This document shows, in pieces, positions 1 to 10,804 of a stretch of DNA of 64,000 nucleotides. Below the pieces are notes generated by a model, which was not told where the DNA came from, made no database searches, and saw only the letters and a list, made by a program, of their open reading frames with translations. The DNA lies in the NCBI GenBank assembly GCA_026709065.1, contig JAPOTS010000136.1, forward strand, positions 72,264 to 136,263, given 5' to 3'. The stretch comes from Bacteroidota bacterium (GTDB lineage: Bacteria; Bacteroidota; Rhodothermia; Rhodothermales; Bin80). The stretch's first letter is position 1. The number at the start of each line of letters is the position of its first letter. The position numbers and the translations under genes were made by a program.

Positions 1-843
1 TTAAAGGGAGATTTTGGAGATGGAAAAATTGTAAATGTGAATAAACTAAAGGATCTTGAAGAACTACAGATTGACCTAAACAATTTAGAAAATCGCAATA
101 ACGATATTCGTGTAATCTTTGCAGTTAATAAGTTAAATGAAGGGTGGGATGTATTAAATCTTTTTGACATTGTGCGCTTATATAACACTCGCGATAGTAG
201 GGGTACCAACCCAGGGAGAACCACTATTTCGGAGGCACAACTAATTGGAAGGGGGGCTAGATATTTCCCATTTACGGACGCGAATCTTTCAGAGTCCTCA
301 CCTGAAAAGCGCAAATATGATAATAATTTACAGCATCCTCTAAGAATTTTAGAAGAACTACATTATCACTGCTCTCATAACCCAAGATACATCGATGAAA
401 TTAAGCGTGCCCTCATTAAAACAGGAATGGTAGATGAAATTAACGAATCTGTATCTCTTCGCCTTAAAGAAAGTTTTAAAGAGTCAAAATTTTATAAAAT
501 TGGCTATGTATTGGTAAATAAGAAGGAAGCGAAATATTCGCGCTACAATGCCGATAGTTTAAGCTCGTACGAAATTGCAGAATATTTTATTTTTCCTCGA
601 CCATTGGCCACTGGGATAGTACATGAAATGTCAGCCTTTGATAGTAGACAAAATCAAGATCAGCCCAGTAATGAAGAAGTCAATGCAGAAGATTTTAGTA
701 TTGCAAGTTTCAGTAAGCCCATTCTTGATTTTGCTATGGATTCCAACGAGTTTTTTCACTTTGTCAATCTGAAAAATTATTTTCCTAAGCTTAAGAGTGT
801 TTCTGAGTTTCAGACTATGGATTCATATCTGGGAAAGGTATAG
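1..843 (+). CDS. Type III restriction-like (Res-type) SF2 helicase, C-terminal helicase lobe. The 5' end lies outside the window and the ORF ends at an in-frame TAG (841-843).
   Basis: Frame 1 is open from nt 1. The translation has helicase motif V-like 'FAVNKLNEGWDVLNLFDIV' and motif VI 'QLIGRGARY', as in ResIII/Helicase_C restriction helicases. The region is AT-rich. Confidence 0.6.
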   Translation, partial: LKGDFGDGKIVNVNKLKDLEELQIDLNNLENRNNDIRVIFAVNKLNEGWDVLNLFDIVRLYNTRDSRGTNPGRTTISEAQLIGRGARYFPFTDANLSESSPEKRKYDNNLQHPLRILEELHYHCSHNPRYIDEIKRALIKTGMVDEINESVSLRLKESFKESKFYKIGYVLVNKKEAKYSRYNADSLSSYEIAEYFIFPRPLATGIVHEMSAFDSRQNQDQPSNEEVNAEDFSIASFSKPILDFAMDSNEFFHFVNLKNYFPKLKSVSEFQTMDSYLGKV

Positions 844-915
844 ATTCAAGTTCGTGGGATACCAGAAGACCTTAATAATCTGACTAGTCATCAGAAGATA
901 AAGATCGCACAATAT

Positions 916-1542
916 GTGCTCAACCAGATTGAAGTAAATTTAAAACGTCGGAGTAGAGAATTTGTCGGGAGCACTAAAGCCACAAAAGTTAAAATAAGTG
1001 ATTGCTTTACCGACAAAACAATTAAAATGAGTATTACAGCAGGTGAAAAAGAACATGGGCTATCTTGGAAAGAAAGCAAAGTAAAGGATCTCAATCTGAT
1101 TAATCCGACTGATCAAGATTGGTATGCCTATGATAACATCTATGGAACTGAAGAAGAAAAACGCTTCATTGAATTTCTTTATCATAAGTCAAATAAACTT
1201 AAGCAGAATTATGAAGAATTTTTTCTTCTAAGAAATGAGAAGGCTATTAAACTATACTCTTTCCAGGAAGGAAAAGGGTTTGAACCTGATTTTATTCTCT
1301 TTTTAAGAAAAAAAGGCTCAGAAGTTGGTGAGGTGCTCCAGTTATTTATTGAACCGAAGGGAAAACACCTAATTGCACATGACAGCTGGAAGCAGGACTT
1401 TCTGACCGAAATTCAATGGCGAGACGAAATACAGGAAATTTTTCAAGAGGACAAATATATAGTGTACGGGTTACCATTTTTCAATCATGAAAATCAACAA
1501 GAATTCAAGATAGCATTTCAGAGATTCTTGGAAGCCAATTGA
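916..1542 (+). CDS. PD-(D/E)xK endonuclease-like domain, probably the downstream fragment of the same Res-like gene
   Basis: It is in the same frame as 1-843, and no further stop lies between the TAG at 841 and nt 1542. 'EPDFILFL...LQLFIEPKG' gives a D...ExK nuclease motif like the C-terminal nuclease of Type III Res subunits. Confidence 0.55.
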   Translation: MLNQIEVNLKRRSREFVGSTKATKVKISDCFTDKTIKMSITAGEKEHGLSWKESKVKDLNLINPTDQDWYAYDNIYGTEEEKRFIEFLYHKSNKLKQNYEEFFLLRNEKAIKLYSFQEGKGFEPDFILFLRKKGSEVGEVLQLFIEPKGKHLIAHDSWKQDFLTEIQWRDEIQEIFQEDKYIVYGLPFFNHENQQEFKIAFQRFLEAN

Positions 1543-2042
1543 TGCTTTCACCTAATACATCAAACTCACCATATATCACGATAGAATTGTAGTTCAAAGC
1601 CAAAATTTAGTCAAACTAAACCTAAAATTTACGATTGAGTTTAACGGCTAAATTGAATATTACATTGTCTTAAATAAACAAACTCTGTCTGTGGATTGAA
1701 TCACTGCAACTTCAGAATCCAGATCCGCCGACTTTCGGGCCAATATCTTATCGTAACTAAATTATCATATCACTTACAATTAGCGCAACACACGGCGGCT
1801 ATTGGTTTGACCAAAAGAGAGTCTTTCTGAAAACCTACTGTAACTTCTTATTCTATTTTGAAACAATCAATGTCTTAAATCTACAAGAAGAATAGTTCAT
1901 CAAAGTTCATAGATTTTACTTTAACATATTCGGTGTTTGACCAATGGAATATATGTCTTCATTGATTCTCATATAAGCCAGTATATACTGTCAAACGAAT
2001 AAGTCAATCAGTCCCTTAATCTTAAAATTTCACCTTCCATGA

Positions 2043-3144
2043 ATGCTTTCTAAACCAGAAATTGAAAATTTACTGGAGCGCGCCTATGCGCTCGGAGGCT
2101 ATCTTTGACGTTGATAAACGGTCTGAGAAAGTTGAAGAACTCAGTCAGAAACGATTAGCTCCAGACTACTGGGATAATGCAGAAGCCGCCCAAGATAATG
2201 AACGGGCCATCGCCTCAGAAAATGCGTGGATAGATAATTATCGCACAGTTAAAGATCACGCCGAAGATATATCCGTCCTGATTGAACTTTCAGAGGAAGA
2301 ATCCGAAGATCTTGATGCAGAGATTGCAGAATCCTGCAATGCATTGCTTAAATCCCTAGAATCCCTAGAACTGCGAAGCATGCTTTCAAGCGGAGATGAC
2401 AAACGTAATGCCATTTTGACGATTAACCCTGGGGCTGGAGGCACTGAAAGCCAAGATTGGGCCGAAATGCTTCTGCGGATGTATACCCGCTATGCCGAGC
2501 GACAAGGATTTAAGATTCTCCTTCTTGGGCATCAACCCGGAGAAGGCGCTGGAATTAAGAGTGCATCCCTAAGTATTCAAGGAGACTATGCCTATGGGTA
2601 TCTTAAAGCCGAATCCGGCGTACATCGATTAGTTCGGATCTCTCCATTTGATTCAAATTCTCGCCGACACACATCGTTCGCTAGCGTCTTTGTCTATCCA
2701 GAAATCGATGACAGCATCGAAATTGATCTACGTTCAGCAGACATTGAACTACAAACGTTTCGCTCAGGGGGTAAAGGGGGACAAAATGTGAATAAACTTG
2801 ATACAGGTGTGCGTTTGATCTGGGAAGGGGCCCTCTCCAATGGCGAACAGGTTCGTGTCGCTGCCGAATGTACCGAAGAGCGTAGCCAACTTCAGAATCG
2901 AGAGCGTGCAATGACCATGCTTAAAAGCCGAGTTTATCGACTAGAATTGGCCATCCAAGAAGAGGAAAAAAATAAGCGGGAATCACAAAAGAAACGAATT
3001 GACTTCGGAAGTCAAATACGATCTTATGTCTTCCAACCCTACACCATGGTCAACGATCATCGCACTGAACTTAAAATACCAGATGTTCAGTCAATCATGG
3101 ATGGTGATCTTCATCAATTCATCAAAGCATTTCTACTACAATAA
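2043..3144 (+). CDS. prfB: Peptide chain release factor 2, expressed through a programmed +1 frameshift (ORF0 2043-2105, then 2107-3144)
   Basis: A short ORF 'MLSKPEIENLLERAYALGGYL*' ends at the canonical 'CTT TGA C' slippery site (2103-2109), preceded by an SD-like GGAGG. The +1 frame continues into a full RF2 with 'SPF' and 'GGQ' ('SGGKGGQNVNK'). Confidence 0.95.
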
Positions 3145-3147
3145 TTA

Positions 3148-4749
3148 ATGGCTACCCGTCACGAGTACGATTATCTCGTTCTAGGAAGTGGTATCGCCGG
3201 TTTATGGTTTGCTCTTGGAGTGGCTGATCAGTCCACAGTTGCAATCATCACGAAAAAAGAAACCGCAGAATCAAATACAAATTATGCCCAAGGTGGCATT
3301 GCAGGTGTCTGGGACGAAAATGACTCCGTAGATAGTCATAGTCATGACACTCTAACAGCAGGTGCTGGCCTATGTGATATTGATATTGTCCGTGATGTGA
3401 TCACAGAAGGACCCAAAGAAATTCAATCTCTCATTGAAATGGGAGTGACCTTCACGCAAAGTAATGGACAGTTACATCTTGGGCGTGAAGCGGGCCATGC
3501 ACGCCCAAGAATACTTCACGCAAAAGATGCCACGGGGCGTGAGATCGATCGGGTGCTGTTAGATAAAGTGATGTCACATCCTAACATCACCGTATTAGAC
3601 TATCATTACACCGTTGATCTAATTACCGATCATCATCTTGGACAACATGTGACAAAATTGAGGCCTGATATCAATTGCTACGGTGCATATATTCTTGACG
3701 AAAAAAACGAAATCATTCATACTTTTCTGGCCCGTGTCACCGTATTAGCAACAGGAGGCTGTTGCGCAGTCTATCAGCATACCACAAACCCTCCCATTGC
3801 CACTGGAGACGGTGTAGCAATGGCCTATCGGGCAAAAGCACGCGTCGCAAATATGGAATTTATTCAATTCCATCCAACAGCGCTGTATCAGGGTAGCACT
3901 CATAAAGGACGAGCATTTCTCATCTCCGAAGCAGTTCGTGGTCACGGTGGCATCCTTTTGAATCAGAGTGGAGATGCCTTTATGAAGCAATATGATTCAC
4001 GTGCTGAATTAGCCCCACGCGATATTGTTGCTCGGGCTATTGATGATCAACTCAAACATCGTGGAGAAGATTATGTCTTACTTGATGTTTCTCATCTTGA
4101 AGCATCCAGAACTGAAGAAGCGTTTCCACTCATTGTCAACACATGTCGTAATTTCGGCATAGATCCAGTGAAAGATCCAATTCCAGTTGTACCTGCGGCC
4201 CATTATCAATGTGGAGGTGTCCAAACAGACCCAATGGCTAGAACCAGCATAGCGGGGCTTTTAGCCATCGGAGAGGTAGCCTACACTGGACTTCATGGAG
4301 CCAATCGTCTTGCTAGTAACTCCTTATTAGAAGCATTGGTTTTTGGTCAACGAGCTGTTCAAGTTGCACCGCAAATCGCAAAAGATAGAATCTTCCAAGA
4401 AGCTACCCCTGACTGGGATGCTTCTGGGACTGAGCTCCCACGTGAATGGGTTCTGATTTCACATAATCGGGAAGAGTTACAGCGAACTATGTGGAATTAT
4501 GTTGGAATTGTACGCTCCGATCTAAGACTAGCCCGTGCACTGCGTAGGACCCGTCTCCTCTATGAAGAGGTAGAAGAATTTTATAATCGGACACGAATAT
4601 CGAGTCCACTCTGTGAGCTTCGAAATCTGATCGCTGTTTCCTACCTCATCATTCAAAGTGCTCAAATGAGAAGAGAAAGTCGAGGCCTCCACTATACATT
4701 AGATTATCCCGAAGCAGTTGATAATGAGAGAAGACCCACTCTCGTTTGA
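3148..4749 (+). CDS. nadB: L-aspartate oxidase
   Basis: N-terminal FAD fold 'DYLVLGSGIAGL', with succinate DH/fumarate reductase flavoprotein-like motifs ('HYQCGGV', 'NRLASNSLLE'). Confidence 0.9.
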   Translation: MATRHEYDYLVLGSGIAGLWFALGVADQSTVAIITKKETAESNTNYAQGGIAGVWDENDSVDSHSHDTLTAGAGLCDIDIVRDVITEGPKEIQSLIEMGVTFTQSNGQLHLGREAGHARPRILHAKDATGREIDRVLLDKVMSHPNITVLDYHYTVDLITDHHLGQHVTKLRPDINCYGAYILDEKNEIIHTFLARVTVLATGGCCAVYQHTTNPPIATGDGVAMAYRAKARVANMEFIQFHPTALYQGSTHKGRAFLISEAVRGHGGILLNQSGDAFMKQYDSRAELAPRDIVARAIDDQLKHRGEDYVLLDVSHLEASRTEEAFPLIVNTCRNFGIDPVKDPIPVVPAAHYQCGGVQTDPMARTSIAGLLAIGEVAYTGLHGANRLASNSLLEALVFGQRAVQVAPQIAKDRIFQEATPDWDASGTELPREWVLISHNREELQRTMWNYVGIVRSDLRLARALRRTRLLYEEVEEFYNRTRISSPLCELRNLIAVSYLIIQSAQMRRESRGLHYTLDYPEAVDNERRPTLV

Positions 4750-4886
4750 TTGGAACCACAATCATAGTCTTCCGTAAAATCTTTTCTGTGCAACTAGTCG
4801 CATAGTAACTACTACTTGCTTCTGGATGCTCGACGGTAGAGAGGCGCTCAATTTGAGGGCTTTTTTTTGTATGATTACTTGAACTC

Positions 4887-4918
4887 CGCCCGTCACGAAT
4901 GCGAGACTGGGCGTTTTT
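4887..4918 (+). terminator. Possible intrinsic terminator downstream of nadB
   Basis: A 'cgccc'(4887-4891)/'gggcg'(4909-4913) stem is followed by T5 (4914-4918). The stem is short and the loop long. Confidence 0.35.
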
Positions 4919-4932
4919 AACATAATTCACTT

Positions 4933-5394
4933 ATGGAAACGGTTGGATTTGAGGAGCATGTTCGCTCCTTAGTTGAAGACTTACTGAGCAAGGGACCAGT
5001 GTATTTAGTGGATCTCTCCGTTCGTGGTAGCCGTGGCTCCCACGCAGTGGATGTCTTTGTTGAAAGTGATGATTCTCTCAATGTTGATCTTCTCGCAGAA
5101 CTTAGCCGAGAAATTGGATTTTTGATGGAGACTACAGACATTATGCCAGGCCCTTATACACTTAATGTCTCAAGCCCTGGTGCTGATCGCTCCCTTAAAA
5201 TTCCCCGTCAGTACCGTAAGCATCTCGGTCGTGAGCTACGGGTTCACTATCGCAGAGATGAAGAGTCATTCACCGAGGTTCAAGGAAAATTAGTAGATGC
5301 CCAAGACTCCTTGATCCACATTCAAAATGGTAAGTCAGAGGTTGAGATTCCTTTTGAAGATATCCTTTGGGCGAAAGTTCAGTTACCATGGTAA
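4933..5394 (+). CDS. rimP: Ribosome maturation factor RimP
   Basis: About 150 aa, immediately upstream of nusA-infB in the conserved operon. Contains 'LNVSSPGADRSL'. Confidence 0.85.
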   Translation: METVGFEEHVRSLVEDLLSKGPVYLVDLSVRGSRGSHAVDVFVESDDSLNVDLLAELSREIGFLMETTDIMPGPYTLNVSSPGADRSLKIPRQYRKHLGRELRVHYRRDEESFTEVQGKLVDAQDSLIHIQNGKSEVEIPFEDILWAKVQLPW

Positions 5395-5414
5395 TAATTC
5401 TTTGATATTTCGTA

Positions 5415-6692
5415 ATGAATAATAGTGATCTTGTTTCTTCATTTGCAGAGATTGCCCGTGAAAAAGGTATTGACCGGGATTCCCTCCAACTCATCGTTGA
5501 AGATGTCATGCGGGCCATGATTCGAACCCGTTTTGGCTCTGATGAAGCCTTTGAAATCATTTTCAATCCTGATCATGGTGACATGCAGATTCTTCACCTA
5601 CGTGAGGTCGTAGATAATTATGATCTTGTTGACCCAGTGACTCAAATTGAGCTTAAAGATGCGGTCAAAATTGAAGATGATTATGAGGTTGAAGATGAAG
5701 TTGCTGAAGAAATCTCAGTTTCTGATTTTGGAAGACGCGCAGTGCAAACAGCTCGCTATACATTCCATAATCGAATTCGAGATCACGAAAAAGAACATAT
5801 CTATGACGAATATTCAGAGCTCATTGGAGAATTAGTTGTTGGCGAAATCTACCAGATTAGGCGCCGCGAAATACTGGTCATTCATAATCGGGTAGAACTG
5901 ATCATGCCTCGTGAAGAGCAGATTCCAAGAGATCGTTACCGGAAAGGGGATATGGTTCGTGCAATCGTTAAGGAAGTTCGCAGGGATGCAGGTAGCAATC
6001 CACAAGTGATCATTAGCCGGACCGCACCACAGCTGATGGAGCGCCTGTTTGAATTAGAAGTCCCAGAAATTGATGAAGCGATCGTAGAAATCAAATTGAT
6101 TGTCCGTGAGCCAGGAGATCGGGCAAAGGTTGCTGTCATCACTCACGATGAACGTATTGACCCTGTTGGGGCATGTGTGGGACTCAAAGGCAATCGCATT
6201 CACGCGGTGGTCCGTGAACTCAGTAATGAAAACATTGATGTGATGGAGTGGACAGAAGATCCTATCCTGCTCATTAAACGTGCTTTATCACCATCTACAC
6301 CAGTATCAGTGACTATCAATGATAGTGTTGCTCCACCCAAAGCTAAAGTCATCGTAAAAGCCGATGAGGTTAGTCAAGCTATTGGAAAAGGTGGAATCAA
6401 TATCCGACTTGCCGCCCGAATGACTGGGGTTGAATTAGATATATTCAGAGAAATTCCGGCAGATGAAGAAGATGTAGAAATTGGAGAGTTCGCAGATGAA
6501 TTCTCTAGAGAAATTATTGACAGATTGCGCGAAATTGGATGTGATTCGGCCAAAGCAGTTCTCCAGTTATCCGTTGATGAACTGATTCGTCGCAGTGGAC
6601 TCAATGCAGATTTAGCGCAGCAAATCATGAATTCAATTAAGTCTGAATTTGAGGAAGAGGAGGAAGAATTGGAGGAGGAATTCAATTTATAG
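5415..6692 (+). CDS. nusA: Transcription termination/antitermination factor NusA
   Basis: S1 and KH domains ('GACVGLKGNRI', 'AIGKGGINIRLA') and conserved operon position. Confidence 0.95.
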   Translation: MNNSDLVSSFAEIAREKGIDRDSLQLIVEDVMRAMIRTRFGSDEAFEIIFNPDHGDMQILHLREVVDNYDLVDPVTQIELKDAVKIEDDYEVEDEVAEEISVSDFGRRAVQTARYTFHNRIRDHEKEHIYDEYSELIGELVVGEIYQIRRREILVIHNRVELIMPREEQIPRDRYRKGDMVRAIVKEVRRDAGSNPQVIISRTAPQLMERLFELEVPEIDEAIVEIKLIVREPGDRAKVAVITHDERIDPVGACVGLKGNRIHAVVRELSNENIDVMEWTEDPILLIKRALSPSTPVSVTINDSVAPPKAKVIVKADEVSQAIGKGGINIRLAARMTGVELDIFREIPADEEDVEIGEFADEFSREIIDRLREIGCDSAKAVLQLSVDELIRRSGLNADLAQQIMNSIKSEFEEEEEELEEEFNL

Positions 6693-6730
6693 TGCGGTTT
6701 TCTACCCACTGTAAACTCAACAAAGCCTAG

Positions 6731-9592
6731 ATGCCGTCAACTGACAAAATCAAAAAATTCAAAAAGGTTCCTCTGCATAAAGTGTCTCTGGAGTTGAACC
6801 GGACAACGGACACAATTGTCAGTTATTTGGAAGAGAATGGGTATGCGGATGCTCTATCAGGATCAGGAATTAGGGCTGCCATTACTTCCGAAGATGCGTA
6901 CCTTGATCTCTTGGAGCATTATTCCGATGATCGCGAGGTTCATGAACGCGTAGTGGAACTCCGCTCAATCAGAGAAGCGCAGCGTGCAGAAGAATCCATC
7001 AAAATTGAAGAAGAGGAGCTAATAGAGGTCACACCCCCAGAAATTCCATCCGAAATCCCCACCGAGGATGAAGATGCTCAATCAATATCTGAACCTGAAC
7101 CAGATATTACCATTGATGAAGAAACAGATTCAGTACCCGAAACAGTAGAGGACGACACCGATGAGGTAGATCTCACCATAGAAGAATCGGATGAATCTAT
7201 TTCAGAAGAGATTACTGATGAACGAGATGATGAGTCAGTTGGCTCTGATCAAGAGGACATTTCGGATCATCAACAGGTATCCCCCTCTATTACCGCTACC
7301 GAGGAAGTTGTGGATCACCTGTTAGACTCAGATGAATCCACTGATGAGATTGAAACAGTAGAGGATGAACCTCAACAGATAGATCAGGGGACTGAGCAAT
7401 CAGAATCGGAGGACGAGGCTGGTGCCCAAATTGATGAACCTGAATTATCTCACGAAGAGGAAATTCTCTCAGCAGATAGATACCAACTTCAGGGGACAAA
7501 AATTATTGGTAAGATTGATCTTGCAACTGTCAACACCGATGAAGATCCTTCCAAACGACGAAGGACTAAGCGTAAACGCAAGCGCAAGAAGGTGCCATCA
7601 ACTCAGAAGTCTGTAGCTCAATCCGAAGATAAGTCAACAGATCAAAGCACATCTACTAAGTCAAAGCGCAAGCGAAAGTCTAAAGTAGATTCGGAAGCTG
7701 TCGGTCAATCTGTTCAAGAGACCTTAAGAAGTTTAGATCAGGGAACGGACCGAGTACGTCAGCGACGCAGGCGCGCACGTCGTCAGCAACGCGCTGAAGA
7801 GCGAATGAATGTTGAGGTTGAACAAGAAGAAAAAAGCCGTCACATAAGAGTTACGGAGTTTATTTCAACTGGCGAGCTTGCCGACTTGATGGGTATCCCT
7901 GTGACGGAAATCATTAGTATGCTTTTTAGTTCGGGGATGATGGTTTCCATCAATCAGCGCCTTGATGCTGATACCATTGCCTATGTGGCCGATGAATTTG
8001 ATCATACCATTGAATTTATAACCGAATTTGGTGCTGAGGAAATAGACACCGAGGAAGAATTCCCAGAAGATTTAATGCCCCGTGCTCCAGTAGTGACCGT
8101 GATGGGACATGTAGATCACGGAAAGACCTCATTGCTTGACTATGTTCGTAACGCAAGCGTTGCCGCTGGCGAATCAGGAGGAATCACTCAGCATATTGGT
8201 GCCTATAAGGTATCTCTGACGGATAATCGTATAGTAACATTCCTAGATACCCCCGGTCATGAGGCATTTACGGCTATGCGTGCACGTGGTGCAAAAGTAA
8301 CCGATGTAGTCATTCTAGTTGTAGCAGCCAATGATTCAGTGATGCCGCAGACTATTGAAGCCATCAATCACTCTAAAGCTGCAGGAGTTCCTCTGATCAT
8401 TGCCATAAATAAAATTGATTTAGATCAGTCAGATGTTCAGCGTGTAATGAAAGAGCTTTCGGATTATGGGGTCTTAGTTGAGCAATATGGGGGTAAGGTT
8501 CAATGTGCATTCGTTTCTGCCAAGACAGGAGAGGGGATTGACGATCTTCTTGAAAAAGTAATTCTTGAAGCAGATCTGATGGAGTTGAAAGGGAATCCTC
8601 AGCGCCAAGCTCAAGGAATTGTAATTGAGAGCCGATTAGATCGAGGACGGGGCAATGTAGCCACAGTTCTTGTTCAAAACGGGACGCTCAGAGTGGGAGA
8701 TCCGTTCGTTGCTGGGATCTATGGCGGGCGTGTGCGTGCGATGTTTGATGAGCGGGATAATCAGATTAAATCTGTCGGGCCGAGCGAACCAGCTCTGGTC
8801 TTAGGCCTTCCTGGTCAGCCCACTGTAGGAGATCAACTAACGGGTATGAAAGAGGAATCTGAAGCCCGTGAAATAGCCCAACGTCGTCAACAGATCTGGC
8901 GTGAACAGAAGATTCGTCAATATAAACATGTCCGACTTGAAGATGTTGGCCGCAGAATGGCGCTCGGTGACTTTAATGAACTGAATCTCATTATTAAAGC
9001 GGATGTGGGTGGTTCTGTAGAAGCTATCAGTGATTCTCTTCATAAAATTTCTACAGATGAAGTCGCCGTCAATATTATTCATGCTGGTGTAGGTGCAATC
9101 ACCGAAAGTGATGTCATGCTTGCCTCTGCATCAGATGCGGTGATCATCGGTTTTCAGGTTCGCCCTACCGCCGGTGCACGATCTGCGTCAGAGCGAGAGG
9201 AGATTGATATTCGTACGTACTCAATCATTTATGATGCAATTGAAGATATTCGAGACGCACTTGAAGGACTCCTCACACCAGAAGAATCAGAAAAAATCAT
9301 TGGAGTTGCAGAAGTGAGGGAGGTGTTCAAAGTTCCTAAAATCGGTGCTGTTGGAGGCTGTTATATCTCCGAAGGCCGAATTCGCCGCGCAGATACAGTT
9401 CATGTACTGAGAGAGGGAATCGTCATCTACAAAGGACGGCTTGCATCTCTACGTCGCTTTAAGGAAGATGTACGGGAAGTCCTTACAGGTTATGAATGTG
9501 GAATTGGTGTGGAGAAATACAACGATATCAAGGTCGGCGATCAAATTGAAGCGTTTGAGATGGTTCAGACAAAACGCACCCTTGAAGTGTAA
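6731..9592 (+). CDS. infB: Translation initiation factor IF-2
   Basis: GTPase motifs '[12 protein letters not shown]', 'DTPGH' and 'NKID'. It has a long acidic, then Lys/Arg-rich, low-complexity N-terminus. Confidence 0.97.
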   Translation: MPSTDKIKKFKKVPLHKVSLELNRTTDTIVSYLEENGYADALSGSGIRAAITSEDAYLDLLEHYSDDREVHERVVELRSIREAQRAEESIKIEEEELIEVTPPEIPSEIPTEDEDAQSISEPEPDITIDEETDSVPETVEDDTDEVDLTIEESDESISEEITDERDDESVGSDQEDISDHQQVSPSITATEEVVDHLLDSDESTDEIETVEDEPQQIDQGTEQSESEDEAGAQIDEPELSHEEEILSADRYQLQGTKIIGKIDLATVNTDEDPSKRRRTKRKRKRKKVPSTQKSVAQSEDKSTDQSTSTKSKRKRKSKVDSEAVGQSVQETLRSLDQGTDRVRQRRRRARRQQRAEERMNVEVEQEEKSRHIRVTEFISTGELADLMGIPVTEIISMLFSSGMMVSINQRLDADTIAYVADEFDHTIEFITEFGAEEIDTEEEFPEDLMPRAPVVTVMGHVDHGKTSLLDYVRNASVAAGESGGITQHIGAYKVSLTDNRIVTFLDTPGHEAFTAMRARGAKVTDVVILVVAANDSVMPQTIEAINHSKAAGVPLIIAINKIDLDQSDVQRVMKELSDYGVLVEQYGGKVQCAFVSAKTGEGIDDLLEKVILEADLMELKGNPQRQAQGIVIESRLDRGRGNVATVLVQNGTLRVGDPFVAGIYGGRVRAMFDERDNQIKSVGPSEPALVLGLPGQPTVGDQLTGMKEESEAREIAQRRQQIWREQKIRQYKHVRLEDVGRRMALGDFNELNLIIKADVGGSVEAISDSLHKISTDEVAVNIIHAGVGAITESDVMLASASDAVIIGFQVRPTAGARSASEREEIDIRTYSIIYDAIEDIRDALEGLLTPEESEKIIGVAEVREVFKVPKIGAVGGCYISEGRIRRADTVHVLREGIVIYKGRLASLRRFKEDVREVLTGYECGIGVEKYNDIKVGDQIEAFEMVQTKRTLEV

Positions 9593-9600
9593 CCCATATC

Positions 9601-9957
9601 ATGAGTGTGCGAACGCGACGCGTTGCCAAATTGATGCACCGCGAAATTGCGGAAATCCTTGCACGCGATTTTCCTACCCCTACGATCGTCACTGTCACTG
9701 GAGTTCGCATCACTAGTGACCTCTCAATAGCCAACATTGATCTGAGCATCATGGATGATTCTTCGGATACTCGACGAGAAATCTTTGAGTCAATGGTGAA
9801 TCAGATTCCAGCTATCCGTAAATCCTTAGCAGTCAGAGTACGACATCAAATGCGTGCAATACCTACAATCCGGTTTTTTCTTGATGATTCTCAGGAGCAT
9901 ATTCAAAAAATTGATGCACTGTTTGAGAAGATAAACCAGAGAGAGTCTAATCCATGA
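9601..9957 (+). CDS. rbfA: Ribosome-binding factor A
   Basis: 118 aa after infB. The N-terminus 'RRVAKLMHREIAEIL' is typical of RbfA. Confidence 0.9.
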   Translation: MSVRTRRVAKLMHREIAEILARDFPTPTIVTVTGVRITSDLSIANIDLSIMDDSSDTRREIFESMVNQIPAIRKSLAVRVRHQMRAIPTIRFFLDDSQEHIQKIDALFEKINQRESNP

Positions 9958-10069
9958 CTAGATCTTGAAGTGTGTATATTCAAGTTAATACCTCAGATTG
10001 AGAGACTTAAGTTTTTCAATCTTTATTGACATGTTCAGGATGAGTAAGATCGGTTAATAGAACTCAATA

Positions 10070-10804
10070 ATGAAGCCTGAAAAATCTGAAGGGTTAGATG
10101 TGTTTGATGCTCCGGCGATCATCAATATCCGGGACGTAACAGACATGATTGGATCTGTGCTCTTACTTGATAAGCCTAGTGGATGTACATCCTATGATTG
10201 CATCAGAAGACTGAAAAGGTATTTTCCCAAGTCAACTAAAATTGGCCATGCGGGTACTCTTGATCCATTAGCAACTGGCTTATTGATTCTTCTTTTTGGC
10301 AAAGCAACCAAGTCACAGCAACGGTTTATGAATCTAACTAAAAGATATGAAGCAACGATGCGACTCGGTGAAACGACTTCATCAATGGACTCTGAAACCG
10401 AAGTGATAGAACATAAGGCTATTTCTGGGATCACTCCCGACCAAATTCAAGCTGCTATTGAAAAGAAAATTGGTGTCATTGACCAAATTCCCCCAATGTA
10501 TTCCGCCATCAAAGTTAAAGGTGAACGACTCTATAAAAAGGCACGCCGGGGAGAAGTGATTCAGAGAAAACCTAATCGTGTCACCCTATATTCAATAGAA
10601 TTATTAGATATTAATGGAGCTGATGTTCGTTTTTCAGTGAAGTGTAGCAAAGGGACTTACATCAGAGTATTAGCTCACGACTTAGGACAATCCTTAGGTG
10701 TTGGAGGACATCTAATTCAGTTACGGCGAACTGCCATAGGCAACTATCATGTTCAGAGAGCATCAACACTGGATACTTTGACCAACTTCTTTGAGAGATC
10801 ATGA
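10070..10804 (+). CDS. truB: tRNA pseudouridine(55) synthase
   Basis: The catalytic motif 'GHAGTLDPLATGLL' and the 'PPMYSAIKVKGERLY' motif. Confidence 0.95.
   Translation: MKPEKSEGLDVFDAPAIINIRDVTDMIGSVLLLDKPSGCTSYDCIRRLKRYFPKSTKIGHAGTLDPLATGLLILLFGKATKSQQRFMNLTKRYEATMRLGETTSSMDSETEVIEHKAISGITPDQIQAAIEKKIGVIDQIPPMYSAIKVKGERLYKKARRGEVIQRKPNRVTLYSIELLDINGADVRFSVKCSKGTYIRVLAHDLGQSLGVGGHLIQLRRTAIGNYHVQRASTLDTLTNFFERS

Noticed and set aside
4840-4870. A T8 run after 'gagggc' downstream of nadB, considered as an intrinsic terminator
   Set aside because: I could not draw a stable stem immediately upstream. 'ctcaatttgag' would leave an impossibly small loop. The weaker hairpin plus T5 at 4887-4918 is reported instead, at low confidence.
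6990-7800. The highly acidic, then Lys/Arg-rich, repetitive stretch in infB, considered as a possible tandem repeat or insertion
   Set aside because: It is continuous with the IF-2 reading frame. Variable low-complexity N-terminal regions are normal for IF-2, and I saw no exact nucleotide tandem repeat.
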